Of a DNA stretch of 64,000 bases, positions 17,366 through 26,389 are shown in pieces. How positions within the stretch are numbered: position 1 is the first letter of the stretch; the number at the start of each line of letters is the position of its first letter. This DNA is from Candidatus Omnitrophota bacterium (lineage in GTDB: Bacteria; Omnitrophota; Gorgyraeia; Velamenicoccales; JABMQK01), in contig JAQTSV010000001.1 in NCBI GenBank assembly GCA_028711115.1, positions 646,032 through 710,031 on the forward strand, given 5' to 3'. Position numbers and translations under genes: made by a program. Below the pieces are notes generated by a model. That model was not told where the DNA came from and searched no databases. It saw nothing but the letters and a program-made list of their open reading frames with translations.

Positions 17366-18865
17366 ATGTTAACCGCTAATCTTAAATTAATCCGAAAGTA
17401 TATTTTTCTAATTGTTACCGCCGTTTTTATTTTTCAATTTACAGATTCCTGCTATGCAAAGGCCAGAAGCCTTATCCATAGTTTTGATTACTCCAAATTA
17501 TCCAAGCAGGAAATAAAGGAAGAGGTAAAACTTCTTTATAAATATGCAAAGAGTGCTTATGAAGAGAATGATATTGAAACAGCAAAACTTTTCTTTTATC
17601 AAATATTAGAATTAGATCCTAGTCATATCGGAGCAAATAGATATATTGATGTCATAATCCCTAAGCAGCTAAGCACAATGAAGTATCTTGAAGGCAGGGA
17701 CAAGCGGGTGTTGGCAGAGGAGAGAAAAGAATTCGAACAGCTGAGAAAGGAGAAATTTGCAGAGAGTGCCAGGATGCAACTTGAGTTAATCCAGCAGGAA
17801 CGGTTAGCTAGAGAAGGTGCCTATAAAGATAAAACACCACAGCCAGATAAGAAAGCAGAGATGAAACTAAAAATTGAGGCTGAGAAAAAGAGGAAGGAAG
17901 AAATTAAAGAAGCAAAGCAGAAAATGCTTTCCGATATGAAAATGTATTTGGCAGCAAAGCATAAGCAGAAAGAGGATGCTAAAAAAAGCAAAAAAACTGC
18001 CCCAAAAGATAAAGAAATAGCTAAAGAAATGGAAAGAGAAAAAAAGCAGGAGATTCAGCAGAGGGCGGCGGCGGATAAAGAAAAATTAAAGAAAAAGTCT
18101 GCTCAGGAAGCGATGGAAAAAGAACTGGTAAAGATTCAGAAAGAACGGGAACGTTTATCCGATAAGGAAAAGAAAGAAATAGCAGAAAGAGAAAGTAAAA
18201 GAGAAAAAATTATAGAGGCAAAACAGCAAAAACAACAGGAGAAAGAAAACGCAAGACAGGAAAAGCTAAAGAAGAAAGAGGATGAAAGTTTAATAAAATC
18301 ACAGAACAAAGCTAAAGTGATTGATAATAAGCAGCAGAAGGTCAGTAAGAAAGAGGTCAGCAGAAAAATAGAAGAGAAGATATCTAAAGAGGAAAAAGGG
18401 AAGGCTCAGCGCAAAGCCAAAATGGAAGAGGAAAAGCTCAAGAAGAAAGAGCTCATTTTAAAGAAAGAAGAAGCAAAGCTGAAAACAAAAACAAAGGAAG
18501 CAAAGGTTGTCCCTGCAAAGAAAGAAAAACCTTCACCAAAAAAAGAAGAAGTGACAAAAGAAATACAGAAAAAGATTACAGAATCTCAAGATAAGAAAAA
18601 AGAAGAACTCGCCGAAAAGAAACAGGCAGCTATTTTGAAGATATACCAGGAAAAGATCAGGGTTGCTTCGCAAAAAGGTAAGAATGCCCGGATGAAAGCT
18701 TTATACAATGAAGGTATGTATTGTTACAGGACAGGTAAATATGATTTAGCCCTGGGGGCTTTTAAGGAAATTTTAGAATTAGATCCTTCACAGCTCAAGG
18801 CAGCAGATTATATCTATATTTATATTCCAGAAGCACAGAAAGATATAGCGATAAAAGAAAGATAG
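17366..18865 (+). CDS. Secreted or anchored protein: TPR-like module, ~330-aa Lys/Glu-rich helix, TPR-like module
   Basis: 499 aa with a hydrophobic N-terminus. Both ends carry related modules (ILELDPSHIGANRYIDVIIP / ILELDPSQLKAADYIYIYIP). Confidence 0.7.
   Translation: MLTANLKLIRKYIFLIVTAVFIFQFTDSCYAKARSLIHSFDYSKLSKQEIKEEVKLLYKYAKSAYEENDIETAKLFFYQILELDPSHIGANRYIDVIIPKQLSTMKYLEGRDKRVLAEERKEFEQLRKEKFAESARMQLELIQQERLAREGAYKDKTPQPDKKAEMKLKIEAEKKRKEEIKEAKQKMLSDMKMYLAAKHKQKEDAKKSKKTAPKDKEIAKEMEREKKQEIQQRAAADKEKLKKKSAQEAMEKELVKIQKERERLSDKEKKEIAERESKREKIIEAKQQKQQEKENARQEKLKKKEDESLIKSQNKAKVIDNKQQKVSKKEVSRKIEEKISKEEKGKAQRKAKMEEEKLKKKELILKKEEAKLKTKTKEAKVVPAKKEKPSPKKEEVTKEIQKKITESQDKKKEELAEKKQAAILKIYQEKIRVASQKGKNARMKALYNEGMYCYRTGKYDLALGAFKEILELDPSQLKAADYIYIYIPEAQKDIAIKER
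17696..18686 (+). repeat. Purine-rich low-complexity coding tract (K/E-rich)
   Basis: Almost continuous AAA/AAG/GAA/GAG codons. No fixed-length DNA repeat unit seen. Confidence 0.75.
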
Positions 18866-18870
18866 TCAAT

Positions 18871-20118
18871 ATGGATAAGGTTTTATTGGTAACGGTAGGA
18901 GTGGATGGACAAAAAGAATCATCTAGGATGAAAGATGATGCAATAGAATTAAAAGAGCTGGCTTTGTCTACGGGAGTTAGCGTCATGGATGAAATTCTGT
19001 GTTTTCGCGATAGCCCCACACCGAATTTATATTTAGGCAAAGGAAGAACGGAAGAGATCAGGCAATTATGTGAGGAAGAAGAAATAAACACGGTCGTTTT
19101 TAATAATGATTTAAGTGGTACACAACAGCGTAATCTGGAGGAAATTTTAGGAAAAAAGACCATAGACCGCACGCAATTAATTTTGGATATTTTTGCGCAG
19201 CATGCCAAGACTCCGGAAGGAAAACTCCAGGTGGAATTGGCGCAGCTGGAGTATTTATTGCCACGGCTTACAGGCAAGGGAATAATTCTATCAAGATTGG
19301 GCGGCGGGATTGGCACCAGAGGCCCGGGCGAGCAGAAACTTGAGGTTGATCGTCGTAAAATCAGGGAACGTATCGCCAGGTTAAAGAGAGACTTAAATAG
19401 TTTGGTGGAACGCAGAAAGACGATGAGAAAGAAGCGCCGGGAAAATTCTATGCCCACAGTAACCCTTATTGGTTATACCAGCGCAGGCAAATCAACTTTA
19501 TTGAATTCTCTGGCAGGAAGCAAACAACGCGTAAGCAAATATCTCTTTACCACCCTGGATCCTTTATCGCGCAGCATAACTCTTTCCAATAATCAAAGAG
19601 TGGTTCTTTCAGACACAGTGGGTTTTATCAATGATTTGCCCGCACATTTGATTGAGGCATTCAAGGCGACTTTGGAAGAAGTAGTAGACGCGGATTTATT
19701 AATACATGTTCTGGATGTAAGCGATATAAGATTTTATGAGCACAATAAGGCCGTATGGGATATTTTAGAAAAATTAGATATTAAAGATAAGCCGCTCATA
19801 ACCGCATTAAATAAAATAGATAATTTAGACGACCAGGGCTGGCTAGAAAAGTATAAGAATGATTTTACTGATAGCGTGGCAATCTCAGCATTGAAGAAAG
19901 AAAATCTGCCGGCATTGCTTAAATTGGTAGAAGAGAAATTAGAAAAGATGGTTGCGCCAGTTTCGCTCAAACTGCCTCTTAACAGAATGGATTTGGTAGA
20001 TTTGATTTATCGGGAAGGTCAAGTCAGGTCTATTAAATACACCTCGAATTATATAAATATCCAGGCTATATTGCCGTCTATAACAGCCAGCAGGTTAAAT
20101 AGCTACATTAACAACTGA
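18871..20118 (+). CDS. hflX: GTPase HflX
   Basis: 415 aa with HflX N-domain (LQVELAQLEYLLPRL), G1 GYTSAGKST and G3 DTVGF. Confidence 0.92.
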   Translation: MDKVLLVTVGVDGQKESSRMKDDAIELKELALSTGVSVMDEILCFRDSPTPNLYLGKGRTEEIRQLCEEEEINTVVFNNDLSGTQQRNLEEILGKKTIDRTQLILDIFAQHAKTPEGKLQVELAQLEYLLPRLTGKGIILSRLGGGIGTRGPGEQKLEVDRRKIRERIARLKRDLNSLVERRKTMRKKRRENSMPTVTLIGYTSAGKSTLLNSLAGSKQRVSKYLFTTLDPLSRSITLSNNQRVVLSDTVGFINDLPAHLIEAFKATLEEVVDADLLIHVLDVSDIRFYEHNKAVWDILEKLDIKDKPLITALNKIDNLDDQGWLEKYKNDFTDSVAISALKKENLPALLKLVEEKLEKMVAPVSLKLPLNRMDLVDLIYREGQVRSIKYTSNYINIQAILPSITASRLNSYINN

Positions 20119-20149
20119 TAATATTTAAAAAAATTAAATCAATAAATCT

Positions 20150-20485
20150 ATGCATGTAAATTTGAGCACCAAACATTTCAACAAAAGCAAAGAGATTGAA
20201 GATTTCTTTGAGGAGCGCGTTGATAAATTAGCACAACACCTTTCCCGATTTCAAGATGAAGCAGTTTCCCTCCACGGGAATTTAGACCGCAATCCTCATA
20301 AAGAAGAATTCTACGTGTCTTTGAATGTCCGCCTGCCATCTGCAACATTATATTCAAAAGAAACAGCAGCAGATTTATTTATAGCTATTAATTCGGCTTT
20401 CAATGCAATCATACGCCAGGCAGAAAAGGTCAAAACAAAGATACGCCAGAAGGACAGAAAAAGAGGCGGGAAACAATTATTTTAG
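20150..20485 (+). CDS. hpf: Ribosome hibernation promoting factor / RaiA family (short form)
   Basis: 111 aa with a sigma54-modulation-protein-like fold pattern (VSLNVRLP...LYSKETAADLFIAINSAFNAI). Confidence 0.85.
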   Translation: MHVNLSTKHFNKSKEIEDFFEERVDKLAQHLSRFQDEAVSLHGNLDRNPHKEEFYVSLNVRLPSATLYSKETAADLFIAINSAFNAIIRQAEKVKTKIRQKDRKRGGKQLF

Positions 20486-20531
20486 AGAGTAGAATTTCAA
20501 TAGAGTAAAGTTTAAGAATAGGGATCAAATC

Positions 20532-21371
20532 TCAATTAAGTTTTCTTATATATTCAATAACTTCCTGAGTAGTATAATCTGGCGTCGAGGCCCCCGCAGT
20601 AATTCCTACGGTCTTTACATTTCTAAACCATTTCGGTTCTACATTATCCTTTGACCGGACCCAATAAGTCCGCCGATTAAACGATTTGCATATTTCGTAT
20701 AATCTCTTTGTGTTAGCACTGGTCTTTGAACCGATAATAATCATTAAATCATTTTCTAGAGGCATGACTTTTATTTCTTGTTGTTTAGTCCTTGTGGGTC
20801 TGCAGATGGTATTGAAAAATTTTAAATCCCGTATATATTGTTTTAAAATATCCACTATTAAAAGAGTTCTTTCTAAATTCTGAGTAGACTGTACAACCAC
20901 TGCCGCCTTTTTTATGATTTTGATCTTTTTAAAAGGAATATGTTTTATGCTGTCTATAACTATTGCCTTGTGGTTTAGCTGGCCGATAATGCCGCTTACT
21001 TCCTGGTGTTTGTTGTCTCCGATAATTATGATTTTACGGCCTTGTCGCTCCATTTCTACAACTATTTTATGGATTTCTTTAACCATAGGGCAGGTGGCGT
21101 CTACGACTATATAGCCTAAACTATGTGCTTTCTCAAATATTTTTTTTGAGGTACCGTGGGCTTGAATTAATAAGGTTTTATCTCTGCCGCGGACAAGATG
21201 TTTTATTTTTATAATTCCTGCCCGGAGCATTTGGTTGGCGATATCTTCGTTGTGCACAATATCTCCCAGCATATAGATTTTGTTTTCTGTTTGCAGAGTT
21301 TTATAGGCTATATCTATAGCTCTTTTAACTCCGAAACAAAACCCCGCGGATTTGGCAACATTAATTTTCAT
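20532..21371 (-). CDS. ispH: 4-hydroxy-3-methylbut-2-enyl diphosphate reductase
   Basis: 279 aa with AGFCFGVKRAI, HNEDI, ATCPMV and conserved Fe-S Cys positions. Confidence 0.92.
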   Translation of the reverse strand: MKINVAKSAGFCFGVKRAIDIAYKTLQTENKIYMLGDIVHNEDIANQMLRAGIIKIKHLVRGRDKTLLIQAHGTSKKIFEKAHSLGYIVVDATCPMVKEIHKIVVEMERQGRKIIIIGDNKHQEVSGIIGQLNHKAIVIDSIKHIPFKKIKIIKKAAVVVQSTQNLERTLLIVDILKQYIRDLKFFNTICRPTRTKQQEIKVMPLENDLMIIIGSKTSANTKRLYEICKSFNRRTYWVRSKDNVEPKWFRNVKTVGITAGASTPDYTTQEVIEYIRKLN

Positions 21372-22408
21372 ATATTCAGTAATTCTTCTATAAAGGTATT
21401 AAGAGATTCTTTGTGGCAAAGTTTCATGGCAGTGGCGTTGAGAAGTATTTGCGCCTGTTGGATTAACCGGGAGATTTCTTCTTCTGCATATTTTAAAGCC
21501 CCGGATGCAACTATTATTTCCTGGATTTTTGATAAATCTTGTTTGTCGGCGTCTTTCTTTGAGAAAATTATTCTTATGAGCTGTTTATTATTATTCTCGG
21601 TGTGGTTATAGGCATACCAGATTATAAGCGTCTTTTTTGCTTCTTTTAAGTCTGTAAGAGGGGATTTCCCGATTTCTTTTTTATTTTTGAACATACTAAT
21701 CAGATCGTCTTTTATCTGGAATGCCCTGCCTAGGCATATTCCGTATTGGAATAGTTTCTCTGTTTGTTTCTGGTTGGCACCGGCCAGTATCGCACCCATA
21801 GAAAGAGGGAAGGCAAAGGTATAACGGGCAGTCTTATAATCATATACCTTAATTATATCCTGTTTGGTTATTTTTTTTATATCCTTAAGGCCGTAGATGA
21901 GCTCAATAAATTCTCCTCCTCCGGTATACATCACAGATTCTATAAATTTCTTTAATGCTTCTTCCTTGCGTTTTCTTTCTTCTTTGATGGATAAGAAAGC
22001 AAGCAGGGAAATGGCGTAAAGGACGTCACCGCCTACAATTGCCAGGTCTTGTCCGTTAAACTTAATGTTTTTGTAACTAGCAAGGTAATTATTAAACATG
22101 GCGTGCAGGGAAGGTTTGTTTCTGCGCGTATCTGATTTGTCGATTATGTCATCGTGGATAAGCAAAAAGTCGTGTAGAAGTTCTATGCCGATGGCTGAGC
22201 TGTATAAGTTGGCAGCTGCTTTTTTGGCAAATCCCAGATACGCCGTGATAAAAAGTATGGGGCGTACCCTTTTGCCATCACGCAATACAAATTCCCTGAG
22301 ATGTTTAAACAAAAGCGGAGAGATTTTGCTTAGCGAGTAAATTTTATCTGTTTTCCGGATAAAACTTTTCAGTTCTTTATCAATCTGATTCTTTATTTTA
22401 TGCAGCAT
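21368..22408 (-). CDS. Polyprenyl diphosphate synthase (trans-IPPS family)
   Basis: 346 aa with FARM LIHDDIID and SARM FQIKDDL. 4-nt overlap with ispH. Confidence 0.85.
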   Translation of the reverse strand: MLHKIKNQIDKELKSFIRKTDKIYSLSKISPLLFKHLREFVLRDGKRVRPILFITAYLGFAKKAAANLYSSAIGIELLHDFLLIHDDIIDKSDTRRNKPSLHAMFNNYLASYKNIKFNGQDLAIVGGDVLYAISLLAFLSIKEERKRKEEALKKFIESVMYTGGGEFIELIYGLKDIKKITKQDIIKVYDYKTARYTFAFPLSMGAILAGANQKQTEKLFQYGICLGRAFQIKDDLISMFKNKKEIGKSPLTDLKEAKKTLIIWYAYNHTENNNKQLIRIIFSKKDADKQDLSKIQEIIVASGALKYAEEEISRLIQQAQILLNATAMKLCHKESLNTFIEELLNI

Positions 22409-22604
22409 GCTATTATGTTACCATATCAATAATTTTAATACAAACTAATTTAATTTGCGGTTTGTGTCTGGAAAACAGTTGTTCTGGAAATTGCAGCAAA
22501 CTGTAAGTTACCAAGAAAGAAAATGACAGAAATTATATAATAGCTGGATAATTTAACCTAAATGTTAAGCAAACTGGCCTTGTAACTAAAATATAAAAAA
22601 ACTA

Positions 22605-22632
22605 TTGACAACTATTTTTCCTGTGGTAGAAT
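22605..22632 (+). promoter_or_regulatory. Putative sigma70-type promoter of the hrcA-grpE-dnaK-dnaJ operon
   Basis: TTGACA (22605-22610), 16-nt spacer, TGgTAGAAT (-10 at 22627-22632), 10 nt before CIRCE. Confidence 0.65.
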
Positions 22633-22642
22633 TATAATTCCT

Positions 22643-22669
22643 TTAGCACTCTCTAGATGAGAGTGCTAA
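22643..22669 (+). promoter_or_regulatory. CIRCE operator (HrcA binding site)
   Basis: Exact consensus TTAGCACTC-N9-GAGTGCTAA. Confidence 0.92.
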
Positions 22670-22719
22670 AGACAATCGCACTGAATCATAAGTTTATAAA
22701 AAACAGAGGGTTAAGTAAA

Positions 22720-23451
22720 ATGGTACGAAAAGTTGATTACGATTTGAGGAAAAAAGACGTCTTAAGTAAGACGATTGACCTTTATTTGGGGACTGCTCAG
22801 CCGGTTGGCTCAGAGGCATTACTTGACAATTATCGGTTTGATTTAAGCCCGGCTACGATAAGAAATGTATTAAAAGATCTGGAAGAAGAAGGTTATCTTA
22901 TGCATCCGCATACTTCTTCAGGCAGAGTCCCCACGGATTTAGGTTATAAGTTTTATGTAAATGATTTAATGCGCAAAACACAATTATCTGTCAATGAGAA
23001 AGATACTTTAAGGAGTTTTTTTGATTCTTACCTTGAGATGAAAAGGGACATATTGGAAAATGCTTCCCATATTCTTTCCGATTTTACTCATTACGTAGGC
23101 ATTGTAAATGAAGAAGATGATAACAGGATTTATTATTGCGGCTGGAGTTATTTATTGGAACAGCCGGAGTTTCAGGACGTCAATACGATTAGCTCGATCT
23201 TTAAAGCCCTGGAAGAAGACAGATTGTTGGATTTGATGAATCGCAAGATGAATAATTCTCTGGAAGTCTTTGTGGGGAAAGATTGTGACTCTCTAGGGTT
23301 CAATAATTGTTCCCTGGTAATCCGCGAATGCAAAAGCCCGAAAGCAAAAAAATCAGGAAGGCTGGCTGTGTTGGGGCCAAAACGCATGGCCTACGACAGA
23401 GTCATCCCTATGATGGATTATTTATCGGAATTAGTAATAAGCGAGTTCTAA
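22720..23451 (+). CDS. hrcA: Heat-inducible transcription repressor HrcA (short form)
   Basis: wHTH region QPVGSEAL...SPATIRNVLKDLEEEGYL..PHTSSGRVPTDLGY. Start moved to the ATG at 22720 (GAGGG SD) because the track ATG at 22657 lies inside CIRCE. Confidence 0.85.
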   Translation: MVRKVDYDLRKKDVLSKTIDLYLGTAQPVGSEALLDNYRFDLSPATIRNVLKDLEEEGYLMHPHTSSGRVPTDLGYKFYVNDLMRKTQLSVNEKDTLRSFFDSYLEMKRDILENASHILSDFTHYVGIVNEEDDNRIYYCGWSYLLEQPEFQDVNTISSIFKALEEDRLLDLMNRKMNNSLEVFVGKDCDSLGFNNCSLVIRECKSPKAKKSGRLAVLGPKRMAYDRVIPMMDYLSELVISEF

Positions 23452-23452
23452 A

Positions 23453-24079
23453 ATGTTTAATAAAGATAAAAAACACAAAGAAAATAATACACAGCAGGAA
23501 GAATCTGCTGTAATCAAAGAAGAAAAACACAACAGCGATACTGTGATTCAGATTAAGAAAAGCGAAATAGAAAAATTAGAGAAAGAATTAGCGGATTATA
23601 AAAATAAATTAGAGGATTCTTCCGACCGTTATTTAAGGCTACAGGCTGAATTTGACAACGCAAAGAAACGCATGCAGCGCGAACAGCAGGAATTTGTAAA
23701 ATATGCCAACGAAGGAATGATTCTGGAGTTATTGGGAATCTTAGACGATCTGGAGCGCAGCGTGGAAGCAAGGGAGACAAATCATCAAGACCCCGAAGCT
23801 TTTTTAAAAGGGATTGAGATGATTTTATCGCATATTTATGAAATGTTGAAGAAGAATAATGTAAAGCCGATTGAAGCCAAAGGAAAAATATTTGATCCTC
23901 ATCTGCATGAAGCTTTAATGCAGGCCGAAAATGACCAATATCCGGAAAATACTATTATAGAAGAATTACAGAAAGGTTATATGCTGGGCGAAAGAGTAAT
24001 AAGGACAGCAAAAGTTCAGGTTTCCAAGAAACCGCATAAAAAAGACGATAAAGAAGAAAATATAAAGGAAGAAAAATGA
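23453..24079 (+). CDS. grpE: Nucleotide exchange factor GrpE
   Basis: 208 aa with coiled-coil N-half, RLQAEFDNAKKR motif and FDPHLHEA C-domain. Confidence 0.92.
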   Translation: MFNKDKKHKENNTQQEESAVIKEEKHNSDTVIQIKKSEIEKLEKELADYKNKLEDSSDRYLRLQAEFDNAKKRMQREQQEFVKYANEGMILELLGILDDLERSVEARETNHQDPEAFLKGIEMILSHIYEMLKKNNVKPIEAKGKIFDPHLHEALMQAENDQYPENTIIEELQKGYMLGERVIRTAKVQVSKKPHKKDDKEENIKEEK

Positions 24080-24351
24080 ATATATCGAAATTAATTAATG
24101 AAAAGCCAGTAGGATGTTTAGGTTTGTTATTTTGGATTGCGTCTCATATTTTATTTTGTGGTAATTTATATGAGCAAGCCATTAACAAAGAAATCAATTT
24201 ACCTAAAGAGAAGATTTGGATAGAAAATAAAATCAGCCACAGCAATAGAAACAATTATTTAGATTTGACCTTAACGGATGCTAGTGCTAGTGGCGTTCAT
24301 TTACCTACGGGTAGTTCTATCAGTATTATAGCAGTTCAATTAAACTCTTAA
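24076..24351 (+). CDS. Hypothetical small membrane protein inside the chaperone operon
   Basis: 91-aa ORF with ATGA overlap to the grpE stop and one hydrophobic segment (VGCLGLLFWIASHILFCG). No recognisable family; visibly more A+T-rich than its neighbours. Confidence 0.35.
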   Translation: MNISKLINEKPVGCLGLLFWIASHILFCGNLYEQAINKEINLPKEKIWIENKISHSNRNNYLDLTLTDASASGVHLPTGSSISIIAVQLNS

Positions 24352-24415
24352 TTATAATTACAATATAAATTTGTAATTTAATTAGAATTCAATAAATGAA
24401 AGGGAGGGTAACAAT

Positions 24416-26308
24416 ATGGCAAAAGTTATTGGAATTGATTTAGGAACTTCTAATTCAGCAGCAGCTGTAATGGAAGCAGGTCGGCCTGTGATAATACCGT
24501 CGGCAGAAGGCGCAGGCGTGGCCAGCGGAAAGGCATTTCCTTCTTATGTAGCTTTTACAAAAGACGGACAGCACTTGGTCGGCGAGCCGGCAAGGCGCCA
24601 GGCCGCCATAAATCCCGAAGGCACAATCCAGGCGGCAAAACGCAAAATGGGAAGCGACCATAAATTCAGGGTTTTCGGAAAGGAATACACGCCGCAGCAA
24701 ATCTCGGCATTTATCCTGCAGAAAATAAAACAGGATGCTGAGGCTTATCTGGGCGATAAAGTGGAGGAAGTTGTAATTACCTGCCCTGCGTATTTTGATG
24801 ATAATCAGAGGACAGCCACAAAAGACGCCGGAGAAATCGCCGGACTCAAAGTTCTGCGTATAATTAATGAACCTACCGCTGCATGCCTTGCTTACGGTCT
24901 TGAGAAATCGCAGAAAGAACAAAAGATTATGGTTTTTGATTTTGGCGGCGGAACACTGGATGTAACTATCATGGAAATGGCAGAAGGAGTTTTTCAGGTT
25001 AAGGCCACTTCAGGCGATACTCAACTGGGCGGCACAGATATGGATAATACGTTGATTGATTATATCGCAAAAGAATTCAAGCGTGAAAACGGAATTGACT
25101 TAAAAAATGACAAGATGGCAATGCAGAGATTGCGCGAAGCAGCAGAAAAAGCCAAGGTAGAACTTTCCAGTACATTGACCACAGATATTAATTTACCTTT
25201 TATTACTGCTGATTCAACCGGTCCCAAACATCTTACCATGCCGATTAACCGTGCAAAGCTGGAAGAGTTAGTAAGCCCGATTATTGAAAGATGCAGGCAT
25301 CCTATGGAACAGGCTTTGGGTGATGCGAAATTAACTCCTCGCGAGATTGACAGAATAATCATGGTGGGCGGCCCTACCAGAATGCCCATTATGCAGAAAT
25401 TCGTCGAGGATTTTGTGGGGAAAAAGATTGAGCGCGGAGTTGATCCTATGGAATGCGTGGCATTAGGCGCGGCAATCCAGGCATCCATTATAAAAGGCGA
25501 GACAAAGGATGTGTTGTTGCTCGATGTTACGCCATTGTCTTTAGGTATTGAGACTTTAGGCGAAGTAAACACAAAACTCATTGAGAGGAATACAACCATA
25601 CCGACGAGAAAAAGCCAGACTTTTTCCACCGCTGCCGATAATCAGACCGCTGTAACAATCCGTGTTTTGCAGGGCGAAAGGCAGATGGCTAACGACAACG
25701 TGGAATTGGGCAGATTCGATTTGCTGGGTATTCCTGCTGCGCCACGCGGAGTTCCCCAGATAGAAGTTACTTTTGATATCGACGCCAATGGTATCGTGCA
25801 TGTCTCTGCAAAGGATTTGGGTACAGGCAAAGAGCAGTCCATAAAAATAACCGCTCCCAGAAAACTATCCAAAGAAGATATTGACAAGATGGTTCGCGAT
25901 GCGGAAAAGTTTGCAGCTGATGATGCCAAGAAAAAAGAAGAAGTGGAAACTATTAATCAGGCGGATAATCTGGCTTATGCCACCGAGAAGTCGTTAAAAG
26001 ATTACGGCGATAAAGTAAGCCAAGGCGACCGTGCAAACATCGAAGCCAAATTAAATGACCTAAAGACAGCGATAAAAGATAAGAACATAACAAGAATCAA
26101 GAAGGAAATGGAAGAGTTAACCAAGGTATCGCATAAGCTTGCTGAAGAAATTTACAAAAATGCAGCAGCGAAACAAAAGTCTTCCGGGTCTCAGTCCGGG
26201 TCTCAGACCGGGACTGAACAACCTAGAGAAGATACTCAGGGAAAGTCCGACAAGGAAGATGTCATCGATGCCGAGTATCGGTCTGAAGACGAAGATAAGG
26301 ATAAATAA
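24416..26308 (+). CDS. dnaK: Molecular chaperone DnaK (Hsp70)
   Basis: 630 aa with [18 protein letters not shown], and full NBD and SBD. Confidence 0.98.
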   Translation: MAKVIGIDLGTSNSAAAVMEAGRPVIIPSAEGAGVASGKAFPSYVAFTKDGQHLVGEPARRQAAINPEGTIQAAKRKMGSDHKFRVFGKEYTPQQISAFILQKIKQDAEAYLGDKVEEVVITCPAYFDDNQRTATKDAGEIAGLKVLRIINEPTAACLAYGLEKSQKEQKIMVFDFGGGTLDVTIMEMAEGVFQVKATSGDTQLGGTDMDNTLIDYIAKEFKRENGIDLKNDKMAMQRLREAAEKAKVELSSTLTTDINLPFITADSTGPKHLTMPINRAKLEELVSPIIERCRHPMEQALGDAKLTPREIDRIIMVGGPTRMPIMQKFVEDFVGKKIERGVDPMECVALGAAIQASIIKGETKDVLLLDVTPLSLGIETLGEVNTKLIERNTTIPTRKSQTFSTAADNQTAVTIRVLQGERQMANDNVELGRFDLLGIPAAPRGVPQIEVTFDIDANGIVHVSAKDLGTGKEQSIKITAPRKLSKEDIDKMVRDAEKFAADDAKKKEEVETINQADNLAYATEKSLKDYGDKVSQGDRANIEAKLNDLKTAIKDKNITRIKKEMEELTKVSHKLAEEIYKNAAAKQKSSGSQSGSQTGTEQPREDTQGKSDKEDVIDAEYRSEDEDKDK

Positions 26309-26338
26309 TCAGTAACATATTTGCAGTTGTATAAATAG

Positions 26339-26374
26339 AAGCTCCCTCTCTGCTAAAGAGAGGGAGCTTGTTTT
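26339..26374 (+). terminator. Strong hairpin (partial terminator or attenuator) between dnaK and dnaJ
   Basis: Perfect 13-bp stem AAGCTCCCTCTCT/AGAGAGGGAGCTT, 5-nt loop, followed by GTTTT. Confidence 0.6.
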
Positions 26375-26389
26375 CAGCATTACAGAATA

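Noticed and set aside
17696-18686. Repetitive-looking DNA as a possible CRISPR array or tandem repeat
   Set aside because: It has no fixed repeat/spacer periodicity. It is an uninterrupted reading frame of K/E codons inside a 499-aa ORF.
22466-22496. Sigma54-like CTGGAAA...TTGCA strings in the ispH-operon / hrcA intergenic region
   Set aside because: The GG-to-GC spacing does not match TGGCAC-N5-TTGCW for any combination of the motifs.
22657-22719. 5-prime extension of hrcA given in the ORF track
   Set aside because: Its ATG lies inside the 9-nt spacer of the CIRCE operator, and its first 21 codons encode no HrcA-like sequence. The ATG at 22720 has a GAGGG SD and starts the conserved N-terminus.
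24356-24378. Inverted repeat AATTACAA-N7-TTGTAATT before dnaK, sharing TTACAA/TTGTAA half-sites with the glnA operator
   Set aside because: The half-site spacing differs (7 nt versus 0 nt). The sequence is almost pure A/T in an A+T-rich spacer, so a chance match is likely and there is no supporting promoter context.
25060-25629. 189-aa ORF antisense to dnaK, plus other long antisense ORFs (18795-19457 in hflX, 46390-46935 in rpoB, 47809-48303 in rpoC, 29770-30318 in accD, 41298-41789 in nusG, 42461-42931 in rplA, 10619-11077 in the DUF47 gene)
   Set aside because: All lie fully inside well-supported genes on the opposite strand. They have Ser/Pro/Leu-rich shadow-frame composition and no SD. 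Long antisense frames in dnaK and other highly conserved genes are a known codon-bias artefact.
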